A DNA stretch of 64,000 nt. Origin: Rhodospirillaceae bacterium. GTDB taxonomy: Bacteria > Pseudomonadota > Alphaproteobacteria > GCA-2731375. Of the stretch, positions 10,190 through 20,462 are shown piece after piece (position 1 is the stretch's first letter; every line of letters begins with the position of its first letter). The notes under the pieces were generated by a model that did no database searches, was not told the DNA's origin, and was given only the letters and a program-made list of their open reading frames with translations. Made by a program: the position numbers and the translations under genes. The DNA lies in contig JABIRL010000080.1 in NCBI GenBank assembly GCA_018667855.1, forward strand, positions 10,341-74,340, in the 5' to 3' direction.

Positions 10190-10305
10190 TTTGACCTGTC
10201 AGGCGCACCGCGCGGAGACCACTAAACTGTCGCTTGAAAACTGTCGCTTGATCCGGCGTTCGTCGACAAGGTGCGCGACATTGCCAGGTTTAACATCTCG
10301 CCGCA
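10190..10305 (+). mobile_element. IS630-family transposase relic (frameshifted fragment)
   Basis: Frames join as FDL/QAHRAETTKLSL/DPAFVDKVRDIARFNISP, matching the recalled IS630 segment FGLQPHRSETFKLSTDPxFVDKVRDIVGLYxxPP; 14-bp tandem duplication at 10224-10251. Confidence 0.8.
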
Positions 10306-10373
10306 GTCAAACGTTTCCGCCAGAGATCCAAATAATCTTCACGCAAAGGACTTTTCGCGCGGGCGAACGGAAT

Positions 10374-11171
10374 TCAACGCAGTTTCAAGAAGGCCGGATG
10401 GCGAAAGGCATCGCCGTCGTTCAGGCGGTCGTGCAGGCCGGCGATGCGGGGGCCGCAAGGACCGGGGCGGGAGGCATAGATGGTGTCCGGGCCGAAAAAG
10501 CGCAGCGACACGGTTTCCCGCATGGCATGCGTGGTCGCGCCGCCGCCGTGCAGGACTTTTGGATGAAAGGCCAGCACGTCGCCCGGTTCCACATCCCACG
10601 AGACAATGTCCCAATCCGCCGGTGCCCGGTCGATATCCGGCAGGCGGGGCAATTCATCTTCGGGATAGATCGGCTGCGTCGGGTCATCGATCTTGAAGGT
10701 GGAGCCGTTGTACAGCGGCCCATGGTGAGAGCCGGAGACGAATTCCAGGGCCTCGGCCTTCGGCACGGCGGCGAAGCTGATCCAGAACACGATCAGATGC
10801 TCGCCGTCTACGGCCAGATAGGATGAATCCTGATGCCATGGGGTACGCCGGCAGGCGCCGGTTTTGCGGAAGACCTGTTCATACATGAACCAGGTCTCTT
10901 CCGCGCCCCATAACTCTGCCGCCAGATCCGCCAGCGGACCATTTCGAAGCAACGCCTCGTAGACGGTTGGTGCGTCCGGGTTGGCCTTGTCCTCGAACGA
11001 ATCGCTGCCTTCGTTCAGCCAGCCGCCGCCTTTGCCGTGAGGGCCCTTATGGCTCAAACTCCAGTCGTAACAGGCCCTGGCACCGTCGAGGAAGTCCTGA
11101 TCAAGGACGGCATCGAGTTTGATGACGCCATCCTCGCGAAAACGCTGTCCCAAAGCACTAAGATCCAACAC
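10374..11171 (-). CDS. Phytanoyl-CoA dioxygenase family Fe(II)/2OG oxygenase
   Basis: TPWHQD, GSHH, GDVLAFHPKVLHG, R-x-x-x-S; GTG start uncertain. Confidence 0.88.
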   Translation of the reverse strand: MLDLSALGQRFREDGVIKLDAVLDQDFLDGARACYDWSLSHKGPHGKGGGWLNEGSDSFEDKANPDAPTVYEALLRNGPLADLAAELWGAEETWFMYEQVFRKTGACRRTPWHQDSSYLAVDGEHLIVFWISFAAVPKAEALEFVSGSHHGPLYNGSTFKIDDPTQPIYPEDELPRLPDIDRAPADWDIVSWDVEPGDVLAFHPKVLHGGGATTHAMRETVSLRFFGPDTIYASRPGPCGPRIAGLHDRLNDGDAFRHPAFLKLR

Positions 11172-11263
11172 GCTAACAAACTCCCCTTTGTGGTCCGGTT
11201 GCGGCGGTCATGGCCCCACGGTACCCTATGACAAACAGTGACAACATTATGCCTGGAGGAAAC

Positions 11264-12997
11264 ATGGCGACCACGGAAAAAATGCTGACAGAGGAAATTC
11301 CCGCCGCCGAGGGCATCGTACGGGTGTTGGAGGATGCGGGCATCGACATGATATTCGGCATCGCCGGCGGCAACATGGGCCGCCTGTACGGCGCGCTGTA
11401 TGACCACCAGGACAGCGTCCGCGCGGTTCTGGTGCGCCACGAATCCCTCGCCTCGGTCATGGCGGAAGTCTACGGCCGCCTGACCGGCAAGCCCGGTGTC
11501 TGCACGGGCCAGGGCATTTTCATGTTGGCCAATGGTCTGCTGGGCACGTTGGAGGCGCATTTCGGCAGCTCGCCCATGTTGTTTCTTTCGGAATTATCGG
11601 ATGTGGCGCCTTACTCCCAGCATGCGCCCTATCAAAGCGGCACGGGCGATTATGGCGGTGCCGACACCAAGAACGCTCTTGCCGCCGTCACCAAATATAC
11701 TTCCCTTTCCCATCAACCGGCCCAGGCCGTGCACGCCACGCAGCTGGCCATCAAGCATGCCTTGAGCGGCGAACGCGGTCCCGTGGGCGTGCTGTACCAT
11801 TCCAGCTGTTTCGCGGGCACCGTGGACCCCAACCAACGGCCGTATCTCTATCCCACCTCCCGCTATTTGCCGACGCCGCAGTCGGGTAACGAAGCTGACG
11901 TTCAGGCCGCGGCCCGGGCGCTGCTGGCGGCCGAACGACCGGTCATTATCGCCGGTAACGGCGTCCGCATTTCCAGGGCCTTCGATCAACTGGCCCGCCT
12001 GGCGGCCCAGATCGGCGCCCCGGTGGCGACCACGGCGTCGGGCAAGGGCGTGATTGCCGAGACTGATGATCTGGCGCTGGGTGTTTGCGGCAATTTCGGG
12101 CAGGACGCGGCGAACGCCTATATCGGCGCGGCGGATCTGGTGCTGGCCATCGGCACCCGACTGGGGCCCGGCGATACGGCAAACGAGAACCCGGAACTGA
12201 TCGATCCCACCCGGCAGACCCTGGTGCAGATCGATGTGGAGCCGAAAAACGCTAGTTGGGCATTCCCCTGCGATACAGTGGTGATCGGCGATGCGGCCTT
12301 GGTTCTCGACCAGATTTCGGACGAGATTGACGGGATCGGTACGCCGTCAGCTGACGATCTGGCCGCCCGCAAGGCATTGTTGGATGTAACCCGCGAGCGG
12401 GAAAAATTCTTCCTCGATCCCCGTGATACCGCCGATGACGTGCCGATCATGCCGCAGCGTCTGTTGGTGGAACTGCACAAGGCCATTCCCGACGACGCCT
12501 TTATCACCTGCGATGCCGGAGAAAACCGCCTGTTCATGACCCATTATTTCCAGACCAAGGGGCCCGGCACCCTGTTGATGCCCGGCATTGGCGCCATGGG
12601 TTACGCCATTCCCGCCGCGCTGGCCTGCAAGCTGGTGCATCCCGAACGCCAGGCCATCGCCGTTACCGGCGACGGTGGTTTTGGCATGGCCATGAACGGC
12701 GTCATGACGGCGCGGGACGAGGATATTCCCATCGTCGTGGTCGTCATGAACAACAGCGCCCTGGGCTGGGTCAAACATGGCCAGGGCAATCGCACCATCG
12801 CCAGTACCTTCAGCGAAATGAATTTCGCCGAGATGGCCAAGGTCATGGGCTGCAATGGTATCCGCGTGGAACAACCCGGCGATCTGCCCACTGCCCTGGC
12901 CGAAGCCTTGGCCTCGAACCAGCCGACCGTGGTCGATGTGGTCACATCATTCGAGCCATCGTTCCGTGATGTAACCTCGCCCCTGACGCGGGGCTAG
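11264..12997 (+). CDS. Thiamine pyrophosphate-binding enzyme (acetolactate synthase-like)
   Basis: VRHE, GAMGYAIPAA, GDGGFGM...NN ThDP motif; GGAGG RBS before 11264. Confidence 0.9.
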   Translation: MATTEKMLTEEIPAAEGIVRVLEDAGIDMIFGIAGGNMGRLYGALYDHQDSVRAVLVRHESLASVMAEVYGRLTGKPGVCTGQGIFMLANGLLGTLEAHFGSSPMLFLSELSDVAPYSQHAPYQSGTGDYGGADTKNALAAVTKYTSLSHQPAQAVHATQLAIKHALSGERGPVGVLYHSSCFAGTVDPNQRPYLYPTSRYLPTPQSGNEADVQAAARALLAAERPVIIAGNGVRISRAFDQLARLAAQIGAPVATTASGKGVIAETDDLALGVCGNFGQDAANAYIGAADLVLAIGTRLGPGDTANENPELIDPTRQTLVQIDVEPKNASWAFPCDTVVIGDAALVLDQISDEIDGIGTPSADDLAARKALLDVTREREKFFLDPRDTADDVPIMPQRLLVELHKAIPDDAFITCDAGENRLFMTHYFQTKGPGTLLMPGIGAMGYAIPAALACKLVHPERQAIAVTGDGGFGMAMNGVMTARDEDIPIVVVVMNNSALGWVKHGQGNRTIASTFSEMNFAEMAKVMGCNGIRVEQPGDLPTALAEALASNQPTVVDVVTSFEPSFRDVTSPLTRG

Positions 12998-13077
12998 ACC
13001 ATTTTCGATATTCATCTAATCGCCAAGCCGCCCGCTCCTCCTGAGCGGGCGGGTAGTTCAAATCCGAAAATGGGCTA
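12995..13077. repeat. TAG-bounded MITE-like palindromic repeat, family 2, copy A (83 bp)
   Basis: Terminal IR TAGACCATTTTCG...CGAAAATGGGCTA, internal CCCGCTC/GAGCGGG hairpin; homologous to 35864-35991. Confidence 0.85.
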
Positions 13078-13908
13078 GCGCAGCAGTCCACCATCAATGG
13101 CGATGGTACGACCAGTGACATAGTCGGACAGATCGGTGACCAGGAATTCGACCACCTTGGCGCAATCCTCGATCGTGCCCTGACGGCGCAGGGGAATGTC
13201 GTTGATCATATGCGGGCGGTCGCCCAGGCGGCCGGTAATGATGACGCCGGGCGCGATGGCGTTGACGTTGATATTGTCGGGTCCCAGTTCCTGGGCCAGG
13301 GCGCGGGTGTAATGAATGATCGCGGCCTTGGCGGTGCCGTAGGGATGATAGCCGCCACGGGCATCCAGCCCGGCGGTGGACGAGACGTTGACGATTTTGC
13401 CGCCGCCTTGTTTTTTCATATGCGGCGTCACCGCCATGCAGGTGTACATGCAGGTGCGTATATTGATATCCAGCACCCGGCTCAGCATTTCTTCTGAACA
13501 GTTCGACGGCGTACCGGTGGTGACCACATCGACGGTTTCGTTGGCGCCGGGATCGGGCGTCCGTTCGTCGGCGAAGGTCACCACGCCGCCGCCGGCATTG
13601 CAGACGGCGATGTCCAGACGGCCCAGCCGTGCGACGACATCGGCCGCCGCCCGGTCGGTGGCGGCCCGATCGGTCAGATCGGCCTCTATCCCGATCGCAC
13701 GCACGCCGAGGGCCTCGCATTCGGCAACCACGGTAGGCGCCGTCGATAACTCGCGCTCGAGCTCATACACTTCGGCGGCCTGCAGGTTGCGGTCGATGAT
13801 GGCGATATCGGCGCCAAGGCCCGCCAGACGCAAGGCATAACCCCGGCCCAGACCCCGCGCGCCACCCGTAACTAAAGCGACCTTTCCGGCCAGTTTTTTC
13901 TCGCTCAT
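13075..13908 (-). CDS. Short-chain dehydrogenase/reductase
   Basis: TGGARGLG, CNAG, YGTAK. Confidence 0.92.
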   Translation of the reverse strand: MSEKKLAGKVALVTGGARGLGRGYALRLAGLGADIAIIDRNLQAAEVYELERELSTAPTVVAECEALGVRAIGIEADLTDRAATDRAAADVVARLGRLDIAVCNAGGGVVTFADERTPDPGANETVDVVTTGTPSNCSEEMLSRVLDINIRTCMYTCMAVTPHMKKQGGGKIVNVSSTAGLDARGGYHPYGTAKAAIIHYTRALAQELGPDNINVNAIAPGVIITGRLGDRPHMINDIPLRRQGTIEDCAKVVEFLVTDLSDYVTGRTIAIDGGLLR

Positions 13909-13928
13909 TGTTCCCTCCGATTTGTTTG

Positions 13929-15563
13929 TTAAATCCGCCCATCATAGGCGTTTTCGCCGATTTCACAGGCCAGCAAGGTGAAAGTTTCCCGCCCCCGAGC
14001 TTCGATCATCGCCGCCGAGATCCCCGCCCGGCTGTCGACGGCGACACCGTAACCGCCAAAGGCATTGGCCAGGGCGACGAAGTCCGTGGCGCCGAATTCC
14101 ACGCCCAACTTGGCGAAGCCGCTCTCGCGTTGCTTTTTCTCGATCAGCGCCAGCGTGCGGTCCACGAACACCACGATCAGAATGTTCTGGCGCAGATCCC
14201 GGCACGTGGCCAATTCGCCAACCACCATTTCCAGACTGGCATCGCCCACGAAACAAATTACCTCGCGCCCAGGATCCGCCAGCTTGGCGCCGATGGCCAA
14301 CGGCAGGGCGCAGCCCATGGTGCAAAGCGCCGAGGACTGCAACAAACCGCGCGGCTGGAAGCATTTCCAGATCTGGCTGAGCAGAATGCGGTGGGCGCCG
14401 CTGTCGGCGGTGGCAATTGTGTCTTGTGCGCTGTGTTTTTGGATTTCGTCGACGATGGCGCCGGGCCCCCAAACCTCGTCCGCCCCGAAGGCCGCGACAA
14501 GGGCGCCGCGCGCGGCGGCGGCCTCGCCACTGGGCCAGGTATCGTTGCGCCCCGCGCCCGTGTCCGCGCCCATGTCCGCGCCAGTGGCCAGGGCCGCCAA
14601 TCCGGCCCCCACATCACAGCGGAAGGACCAGCGCGCCCGGTGCATATAGTGTGTGTTTTCCAGTCCGCCCAATTCGATGACAGCCGCATCGTCGGGCCAG
14701 GGGTTCCGCCAGCCCGCGCGCATCTCAATCGGGTCATAACCTGCCAGGATGATGCAATCGCTTTGCGCCAACAGCGGCAGAAGATGACGATCCGCCAAGG
14801 GCGACAGCCCGGCGCCGCCCAAGGCCAGGGGTTCATCTTCCGGCAAAACGCCCTTAGCCTTGTAGGTGGTGATGACGGGGACCTGGCAGGTTCGGGCAAA
14901 TTCGGCAACCGGCCCCGCCGCATCATCGTGCAAGACGCCAACGCCGGCGATCAGGATGGGCCGTTCGGCGTCCGCAAAGCAGGCTTGTGCGGCCTGCCAT
15001 TCCGGGCCGGGCGCCGGGATCAGGGCCTGCGGCGCTGTCCGAAGGGCGACCCGCCCATCGCCCTGATCCGCGGTGGCCAGGGATATGGGCACATCGATAT
15101 GTACAGGGCCCGGCGGATAGGCTGTGGCGATGGCAATCGCCTTGTCCGCCAGCACATCCACGGCGCCGTCGGCCAGGGTCAGGGATGCCTTGGTGATCGG
15201 CGCCAGCATGGCGGTATGGTCGAAAACCTGATGGGTGTATGTCGCGGCCTCCGCCCCATCGACACGGCCGGTGATAAAGATCAACGGTACCTGATCCTGC
15301 AGGGCGTTGACCATGACATTGGCCGCGTTCGCCACGCCGGGGCCCAATGTCGCCAGTAGAATGCCCGGCGCACCGGTGACATGGTGGGTGCCCTCGGCCA
15401 TGAAGCCGCCGGCATTTTCGTGCTTGCATAATTCGAAGCGAATGCCGGCCTTGTCCAGGGCCGCCATCATGGCCAGAACTTCGCCGCCCGGAATACCGAA
15501 GGCATAACGGCAACCGGCCTGAAACAGGCGCCGGGCCAGGATATCGACACTGCTATTCATCAT
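13929..15563 (-). CDS. Thiamine pyrophosphate-binding enzyme (acetolactate synthase-like)
   Basis: FGIPGGE, KHE, TLGPG, TMGCALP, GDAS. Confidence 0.9.
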   Translation of the reverse strand: MMNSSVDILARRLFQAGCRYAFGIPGGEVLAMMAALDKAGIRFELCKHENAGGFMAEGTHHVTGAPGILLATLGPGVANAANVMVNALQDQVPLIFITGRVDGAEAATYTHQVFDHTAMLAPITKASLTLADGAVDVLADKAIAIATAYPPGPVHIDVPISLATADQGDGRVALRTAPQALIPAPGPEWQAAQACFADAERPILIAGVGVLHDDAAGPVAEFARTCQVPVITTYKAKGVLPEDEPLALGGAGLSPLADRHLLPLLAQSDCIILAGYDPIEMRAGWRNPWPDDAAVIELGGLENTHYMHRARWSFRCDVGAGLAALATGADMGADTGAGRNDTWPSGEAAAARGALVAAFGADEVWGPGAIVDEIQKHSAQDTIATADSGAHRILLSQIWKCFQPRGLLQSSALCTMGCALPLAIGAKLADPGREVICFVGDASLEMVVGELATCRDLRQNILIVVFVDRTLALIEKKQRESGFAKLGVEFGATDFVALANAFGGYGVAVDSRAGISAAMIEARGRETFTLLACEIGENAYDGRI

Positions 15564-15619
15564 CGACTACCTTGGCGCAGGTTGCAGCCGCTTGGCAAGA
15601 TGTGCTGTAGAATGGCGCC

Positions 15620-16276
15620 ATGATAATGCCCATTGATCGATTTCGGTTTGTGAAATGTTTCGCCGCGCTGGCATTGTTGCTCGCCGCCTGTACCGCGACA
15701 GCGCCATCCGAACCTATGGGAGATGCGGTCGGGACCACGGTCTTCGTGACCTCGAACGGATGGCATACGGGCATCGTAATCGCCAAGGCGGACATGACCC
15801 CGAACCTGTTGCCCGAAACCGGCGATTTCCCGGATGCCGTTTTTTTTGAATTCGGTTGGGGTGATGCGAAGTTCTACCCGGCCGAGGAAACCACGATCGG
15901 CATGACGATGGAGGCAGCCTTGGTGCCAAGCCCGGCCGTAATGCACATGGTGGGCCTGTGGACGACGCCGTCGCGATACTTCCCCGATGCCGAAGTCGTC
16001 AAATTATCCATCGATGCCACGCAATTCAGCCGCCTGATGACTTTCATTGATGACAGTTTCGACCGCGCCGGCAATCCGCGGGTTTCAGCCTCCGCGCCGG
16101 GCCTTTATAAATCCAGCGGCTTTTATCCGGCAAAAGGCAGCTTCCACCTTCTCAATACCTGCAACACCTGGACCGCCCGCGCGCTCCGGGCCGCCGGTCT
16201 GGAAATCAAGGCAACGGGCACCACCCATGCCGAGGCATTGATGCAGCAAGTCCGTGGGCTAGATCAAGCTGCATGA
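15620..16276 (+). CDS. DUF2459 family putative lipoprotein
   Basis: LAAC lipobox, SNGWHTGI, FGWGDxxFY, NTCNTWTA. Confidence 0.8.
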   Translation: MIMPIDRFRFVKCFAALALLLAACTATAPSEPMGDAVGTTVFVTSNGWHTGIVIAKADMTPNLLPETGDFPDAVFFEFGWGDAKFYPAEETTIGMTMEAALVPSPAVMHMVGLWTTPSRYFPDAEVVKLSIDATQFSRLMTFIDDSFDRAGNPRVSASAPGLYKSSGFYPAKGSFHLLNTCNTWTARALRAAGLEIKATGTTHAEALMQQVRGLDQAA

Positions 16277-16364
16277 AATTGGAATCAATTTTGTGCAGAT
16301 AACTTGATCTATTCTGAGGGATTAGAGCAACTTGGCCGCGTTCGAATGAACGCAGGTAGCTCTA
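16260..16364. repeat. 105-bp twin-hairpin repeat, family 1, diverged copy B
   Basis: Same 9-13-4-13-ATAA-9 first hairpin geometry with compensatory changes; GAATC loop; ends on the TAG stop of the CoA ligase. Confidence 0.85.
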
Positions 16365-18017
16365 GGCCGGCTGTAGGGCTTCCAGAGCCTGCTCCCGCAA
16401 TTCCGTCTTGCGCACCTTGCCGGTGGAGGTCATCGGCAGTTCGGGCAGGAACAGGACATGCCGGGGGATCTTGAACGAAGCGATCCGGCCCCGGCAGAAT
16501 TCCAGGATATCCGCCTCGCTGGGATTTCGCCCCGGTCTGGGCGCGACGAAGGCAACCGCGACCTCCGTCAGGCGTTCATCGGGATGGCCCACCACCGCGA
16601 CATCGGCGACATCGCCGTGGCCCTGCAAATAGGCCTCCACTTCCATGGGGTCCACATTCTCGCCGCCGATCTTCAACATGTCCTTGTAACGGCCCAGAAA
16701 ACGCAGAAAACCGTCGGCTCGCAAATAGCCCATGTCGCCGCTGTAAAACCAGCCGTCCTGATCATAGGCATTGGCGGTTTCCTCGGGCTTTTTGTAATAA
16801 CACTGCATCAGGTTATATGATTTCAGAATGATCTCGCCGGGTGTATCAAAGGGTTGATCCTGCCCCGTGTCGGGATCGATAACGCGAAAATCAAAGCCGT
16901 CGCAGGGATGGCCGGAGGTCTCGCAGATCTGCTCTTGCGTGGAATCCAGAAAGGACAGGCAGGCGTTGCCGCCGATTTCGGTCATGCCATAGGCGGTGAC
17001 CGGCTTCATGGGCGCCAATATGTCGAGCGCCTCGCGCATGATGGGCACGGCGCTGTTGGTACCGGCGCCGAAAATACCCGTGCGCAGGGAGGATATATCC
17101 CGCGCCTGACGTTTCTGAGCTTCCACCAAGCCTTTTACGTGGGTTTCAAAACCCGACAGCTGGGTCACGCCCTCGGCCTCGATGGCGTCCAGACAAACCT
17201 CCGGATCAAAGGTTTCAGCGAGGATCTGCCGGTTGCCCGTGGCCATGGACAGCATGGGTCCATCCAGATAGCCGAAGATATGGAACAGGGGCAGGTAATT
17301 ATAAACCACGTCCACTTCCGTGGTGCCCAGAACCCGAACCCGGTCCACCTGATTGCGCAGAAAGCCATGGCCGCGCACAACGCCTTTGGGAAACCCCGTG
17401 GTGCCGGAGGTATACATGATAAAGGCTGGATCATCCCGATCCACCTCTGCCGCGCGCCGCTCCAATTCGGCGTCCAGAGCGACCTCGGGGTCCCGGATCA
17501 GATCGCGATAATGGCTGGTTCCGAACGGCGCATCGGTCCCTCCGTCCGTGGTCTTGATGATGATCCTTTGAAGAAAGGGAAAATCATTGGACTGGATACC
17601 GCCATCTTCGCGCCGCTCCCTGTCGGGCACCATCTCCCGCGTCATGGCCCAATAGTCGATGGGGCCGGAGGTATCGTGGGTGATCAAGGTGCTGCATTCC
17701 GCCTGCCCGACGATATAGGCCGCATCGGCGGTTCTGAAGCGGGTGTTGATGGGCACCTGAATGGCGCCGATGCGGGCGATGGCGAATTGCAGATGGATCC
17801 ATTCCGGGCAGTTGTTCAGCCAGACGCCAACCCGGTCACCGGGCGCAATGCCAGCGGCGATCAGGCCGCGGGCAACCCGATCAACCGTTTCCGACAATTC
17901 ACCGAAGGTCTCTCCCCGGCCCTTGAAAGACAGCGCCACCCGGTCCCCCCACCTCTCGGCCGCAAGGCGCGGCAGATCGGCAAGGGTGGTGGCTTCATTC
18001 CATGGCGTCGGTTTCAC
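16362..18017 (-). CDS. AMP-binding acyl-CoA synthetase
   Basis: YTSGTTGFPKG, YGMTE, SGDMG, GRYKDMLKIGGENV, TGKVRK. Confidence 0.93.
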   Translation of the reverse strand: MKPTPWNEATTLADLPRLAAERWGDRVALSFKGRGETFGELSETVDRVARGLIAAGIAPGDRVGVWLNNCPEWIHLQFAIARIGAIQVPINTRFRTADAAYIVGQAECSTLITHDTSGPIDYWAMTREMVPDRERREDGGIQSNDFPFLQRIIIKTTDGGTDAPFGTSHYRDLIRDPEVALDAELERRAAEVDRDDPAFIMYTSGTTGFPKGVVRGHGFLRNQVDRVRVLGTTEVDVVYNYLPLFHIFGYLDGPMLSMATGNRQILAETFDPEVCLDAIEAEGVTQLSGFETHVKGLVEAQKRQARDISSLRTGIFGAGTNSAVPIMREALDILAPMKPVTAYGMTEIGGNACLSFLDSTQEQICETSGHPCDGFDFRVIDPDTGQDQPFDTPGEIILKSYNLMQCYYKKPEETANAYDQDGWFYSGDMGYLRADGFLRFLGRYKDMLKIGGENVDPMEVEAYLQGHGDVADVAVVGHPDERLTEVAVAFVAPRPGRNPSEADILEFCRGRIASFKIPRHVLFLPELPMTSTGKVRKTELREQALEALQPA

Positions 18018-19177
18018 TACTTCGGGAAGCCGTAAAGTTTGGCGGCATTGTCATAGGTCGTTTTCTGCCGGATCGCGTCAGGCAGATGACCCATTTCCCG
18101 CTCGATAAATTCCTGACTATCAGGCCAGATGCCATCGGGATGAGGGAAATCGGAACCCCACATGATGTTGTCCTCGCCCAGTTGATCGACCAGCTGCATG
18201 CCGACCGGATCGCTTTGGAACGTGGCGTAGCATTGCCGGTACCAATATTCCGACGGCTTCATCTTCAAAGTCAGGTCCTTGAACTGATCTTCCCATTCAA
18301 GATCCATATGTTCCAGAATGTACGGGATCCAGCCGATGCCGCTTTCCGCAATGACGACCTTCAGGTCCGGGTACATCTCCAACGTGCCGCCGAAAACAAT
18401 CTCCATCAGTTTGTTGGACATATACATCTGAAAGCCGGTGATAAAGACGGCAAAAGCCTGCCGCGCCTCCAAAGGTTCCATGGACTCATAGTCCGGTGAC
18501 GTGGCGCCGCCGGTGTGGAAATGCAGCGGCAATTTAGAGGCCGCCGCCGCCGCGAACACCGGATGCCAATGTTTATGGTACAAAGGCTTGCCGCCGGGAA
18601 TGGTCGGGATTTCCAGACCGCTGAGGGCGCCACGCTTGGCCACGCGCTCGATCTCCGCTACCGCCGCGTCGATATCATGGCCTGGGATGGAGGCGATACC
18701 GGCCAGGCGGTTGGGATGGGTGGCGCAGAATTCCGCCAGCCAATCATTGTAGATCTGCATCATGACAATGGAGGCGTCCGGGTCGTTCAGACGCGCCGCG
18801 CCGCCCAGAATGCCGTACAGAACCTCACCCGCGACGCCGTCCAGGTCCTGGTCCTTGATGCGCAGATCGGGTTCGGTCAGGCGGCGAATGCCGTTCTTGC
18901 CATCTTCAAACAGACCCTGTTCCGCCATGCGGTCCGAGCGGTGGATGACACCGGGGACATACTCGCGTCCGGCCGAACCCATGCCGTTTTGCAGACCGAA
19001 TTGACCGCCGTTCTTGGAGACCCAGGTCGGTCCCTTGGGGCCATCGGTCACATAGGGCATGCGCTCCTTCATGGCGGCGGACGCATTGTCGGTAAACAGG
19101 TCGGCGGGCAACCAGATCAGGTCGATATGGCAATCCGCGGAAATTACGCCTTTGGGCATTTTGATGGCCTTTCGCAA
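18017..19177 (-). CDS. Amidohydrolase family 2 protein
   Basis: ISADCH, YNDWLAEFC, AESGIGW, MWGSDFPHPD. Confidence 0.9.
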   Translation of the reverse strand: MRKAIKMPKGVISADCHIDLIWLPADLFTDNASAAMKERMPYVTDGPKGPTWVSKNGGQFGLQNGMGSAGREYVPGVIHRSDRMAEQGLFEDGKNGIRRLTEPDLRIKDQDLDGVAGEVLYGILGGAARLNDPDASIVMMQIYNDWLAEFCATHPNRLAGIASIPGHDIDAAVAEIERVAKRGALSGLEIPTIPGGKPLYHKHWHPVFAAAAASKLPLHFHTGGATSPDYESMEPLEARQAFAVFITGFQMYMSNKLMEIVFGGTLEMYPDLKVVIAESGIGWIPYILEHMDLEWEDQFKDLTLKMKPSEYWYRQCYATFQSDPVGMQLVDQLGEDNIMWGSDFPHPDGIWPDSQEFIEREMGHLPDAIRQKTTYDNAAKLYGFPK

Positions 19178-19205
19178 TTATGGTTTCTGATTAATCGTCA
19201 TTTCA

Positions 19206-20315
19206 TCACATATCATGCAGGCGATGCAATTCATGCAACACCGCATCGGTCATTTCGGTTGTGCCGGCGGTGGTTGGGTGGCCGCCCTGAATATCGGGGG
19301 TACGCGCGCCGGCCGCCAGGGCGCTGCGTACGGCCTGGCGCAATATCCCGGCATCGTCCGGACTGTGAAACGACAGTTCGATGGCCATGGCCAGACTGAG
19401 GATCGCGCCCAGCGGATTGGCGATGCCCTGGCCGGCGATATCCGGCGCGCTGCCGTGCACCGGCTCGTACAGGGCCCGGCGGCGCCCGTTTTCATCCGCC
19501 ACGCTTAACGAGGCCGAGGGCAGCATCCCGAGGGAACCTGATATGGCGCCCGCCAGGTCCGAGAGAATGTCGCCGAACATATTGTCCGCCAGCATGACGT
19601 CGAACTGTTTCGGGTCGCGGATCACCTGCATGGCGCAATTGTCCACGATCATGTGTTCAAGCGGCACCTCCGAATATTCCTCCGCCCCCACGCGGGTGAC
19701 AACCTTGCGCCACAACTGGTGGCATTCCAGGACGTTGGATTTATCGATGGAATGCATATGCCCGCCGCGCTGCTTGGCCAGATCAAAGGCGAAGCGGGCG
19801 ATGCGCTCGATTTCCGGAGTTTCATAGACCAGGGTATTGACGCCCCGCTCCATACCGTTTGGCGATTGCGCCACGCCGCGCGGGGTGCCGAAATAGATAC
19901 CGCCGTTCAATTCCCGCACAATCATCATGTCGACGCCATGGATCGCCTCCGGCTTCAAGGAGACCGTATCCGCCAATTCGTCATATCCGATCACCGGGCG
20001 CAGGTTCGCGAAAACCTCCATATGCCGGCGAATACGCAACAGACTGCCCTGGCGCCGCGCTGCCATGGGAACTTCATCGAATTCCGGGCCGCCCGTGGCG
20101 CCGAACAGGACCGCATCAACGGCGATCAGATCCGCCATCACTTCATCGGTGATGATGGCGCCTTGTTGGTGATAAGCCGCCGCGCCGTATTGCTCATGGC
20201 GGACATCCACGACCAGACCGCGATGTTCACGGAACCATTCCAGGACACGCACAGCCTCGGCCGTAACCTCCGGTCCAATGCCGTCGCCCGGCAACACGAT
20301 CATTTTGAATGACAA
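19206..20315 (-). CDS. leuB: 3-isopropylmalate dehydrogenase-like beta-decarboxylating dehydrogenase
   Basis: LPGDGIGPE, ANLRP, VRELNGGIYFG, DKSNV, NMFGDILSD, EPVHGSAPDIAG; TTG start after GAGG. Confidence 0.85.
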   Translation of the reverse strand: MSFKMIVLPGDGIGPEVTAEAVRVLEWFREHRGLVVDVRHEQYGAAAYHQQGAIITDEVMADLIAVDAVLFGATGGPEFDEVPMAARRQGSLLRIRRHMEVFANLRPVIGYDELADTVSLKPEAIHGVDMMIVRELNGGIYFGTPRGVAQSPNGMERGVNTLVYETPEIERIARFAFDLAKQRGGHMHSIDKSNVLECHQLWRKVVTRVGAEEYSEVPLEHMIVDNCAMQVIRDPKQFDVMLADNMFGDILSDLAGAISGSLGMLPSASLSVADENGRRRALYEPVHGSAPDIAGQGIANPLGAILSLAMAIELSFHSPDDAGILRQAVRSALAAGARTPDIQGGHPTTAGTTEMTDAVLHELHRLHDM

Positions 20316-20462
20316 GGATGTTTCCTCTTCCCGCCAAATTTGCAAAACCAAGTGGCTTTCACACCCTCGGGCTACGCAATTAACCGCAAAACACCAAAAT
20401 CCAGTCGCGCCGGTACCTCGTTTGCCAACGCGGGTCCGGCTGCGCGGCGATCACGCCGTCGG

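Noticed and set aside
13908..15359. 483-aa plus-strand ORF
   Set aside because: Antisense shadow of the ThDP enzyme; no motifs; expected in high-GC DNA.
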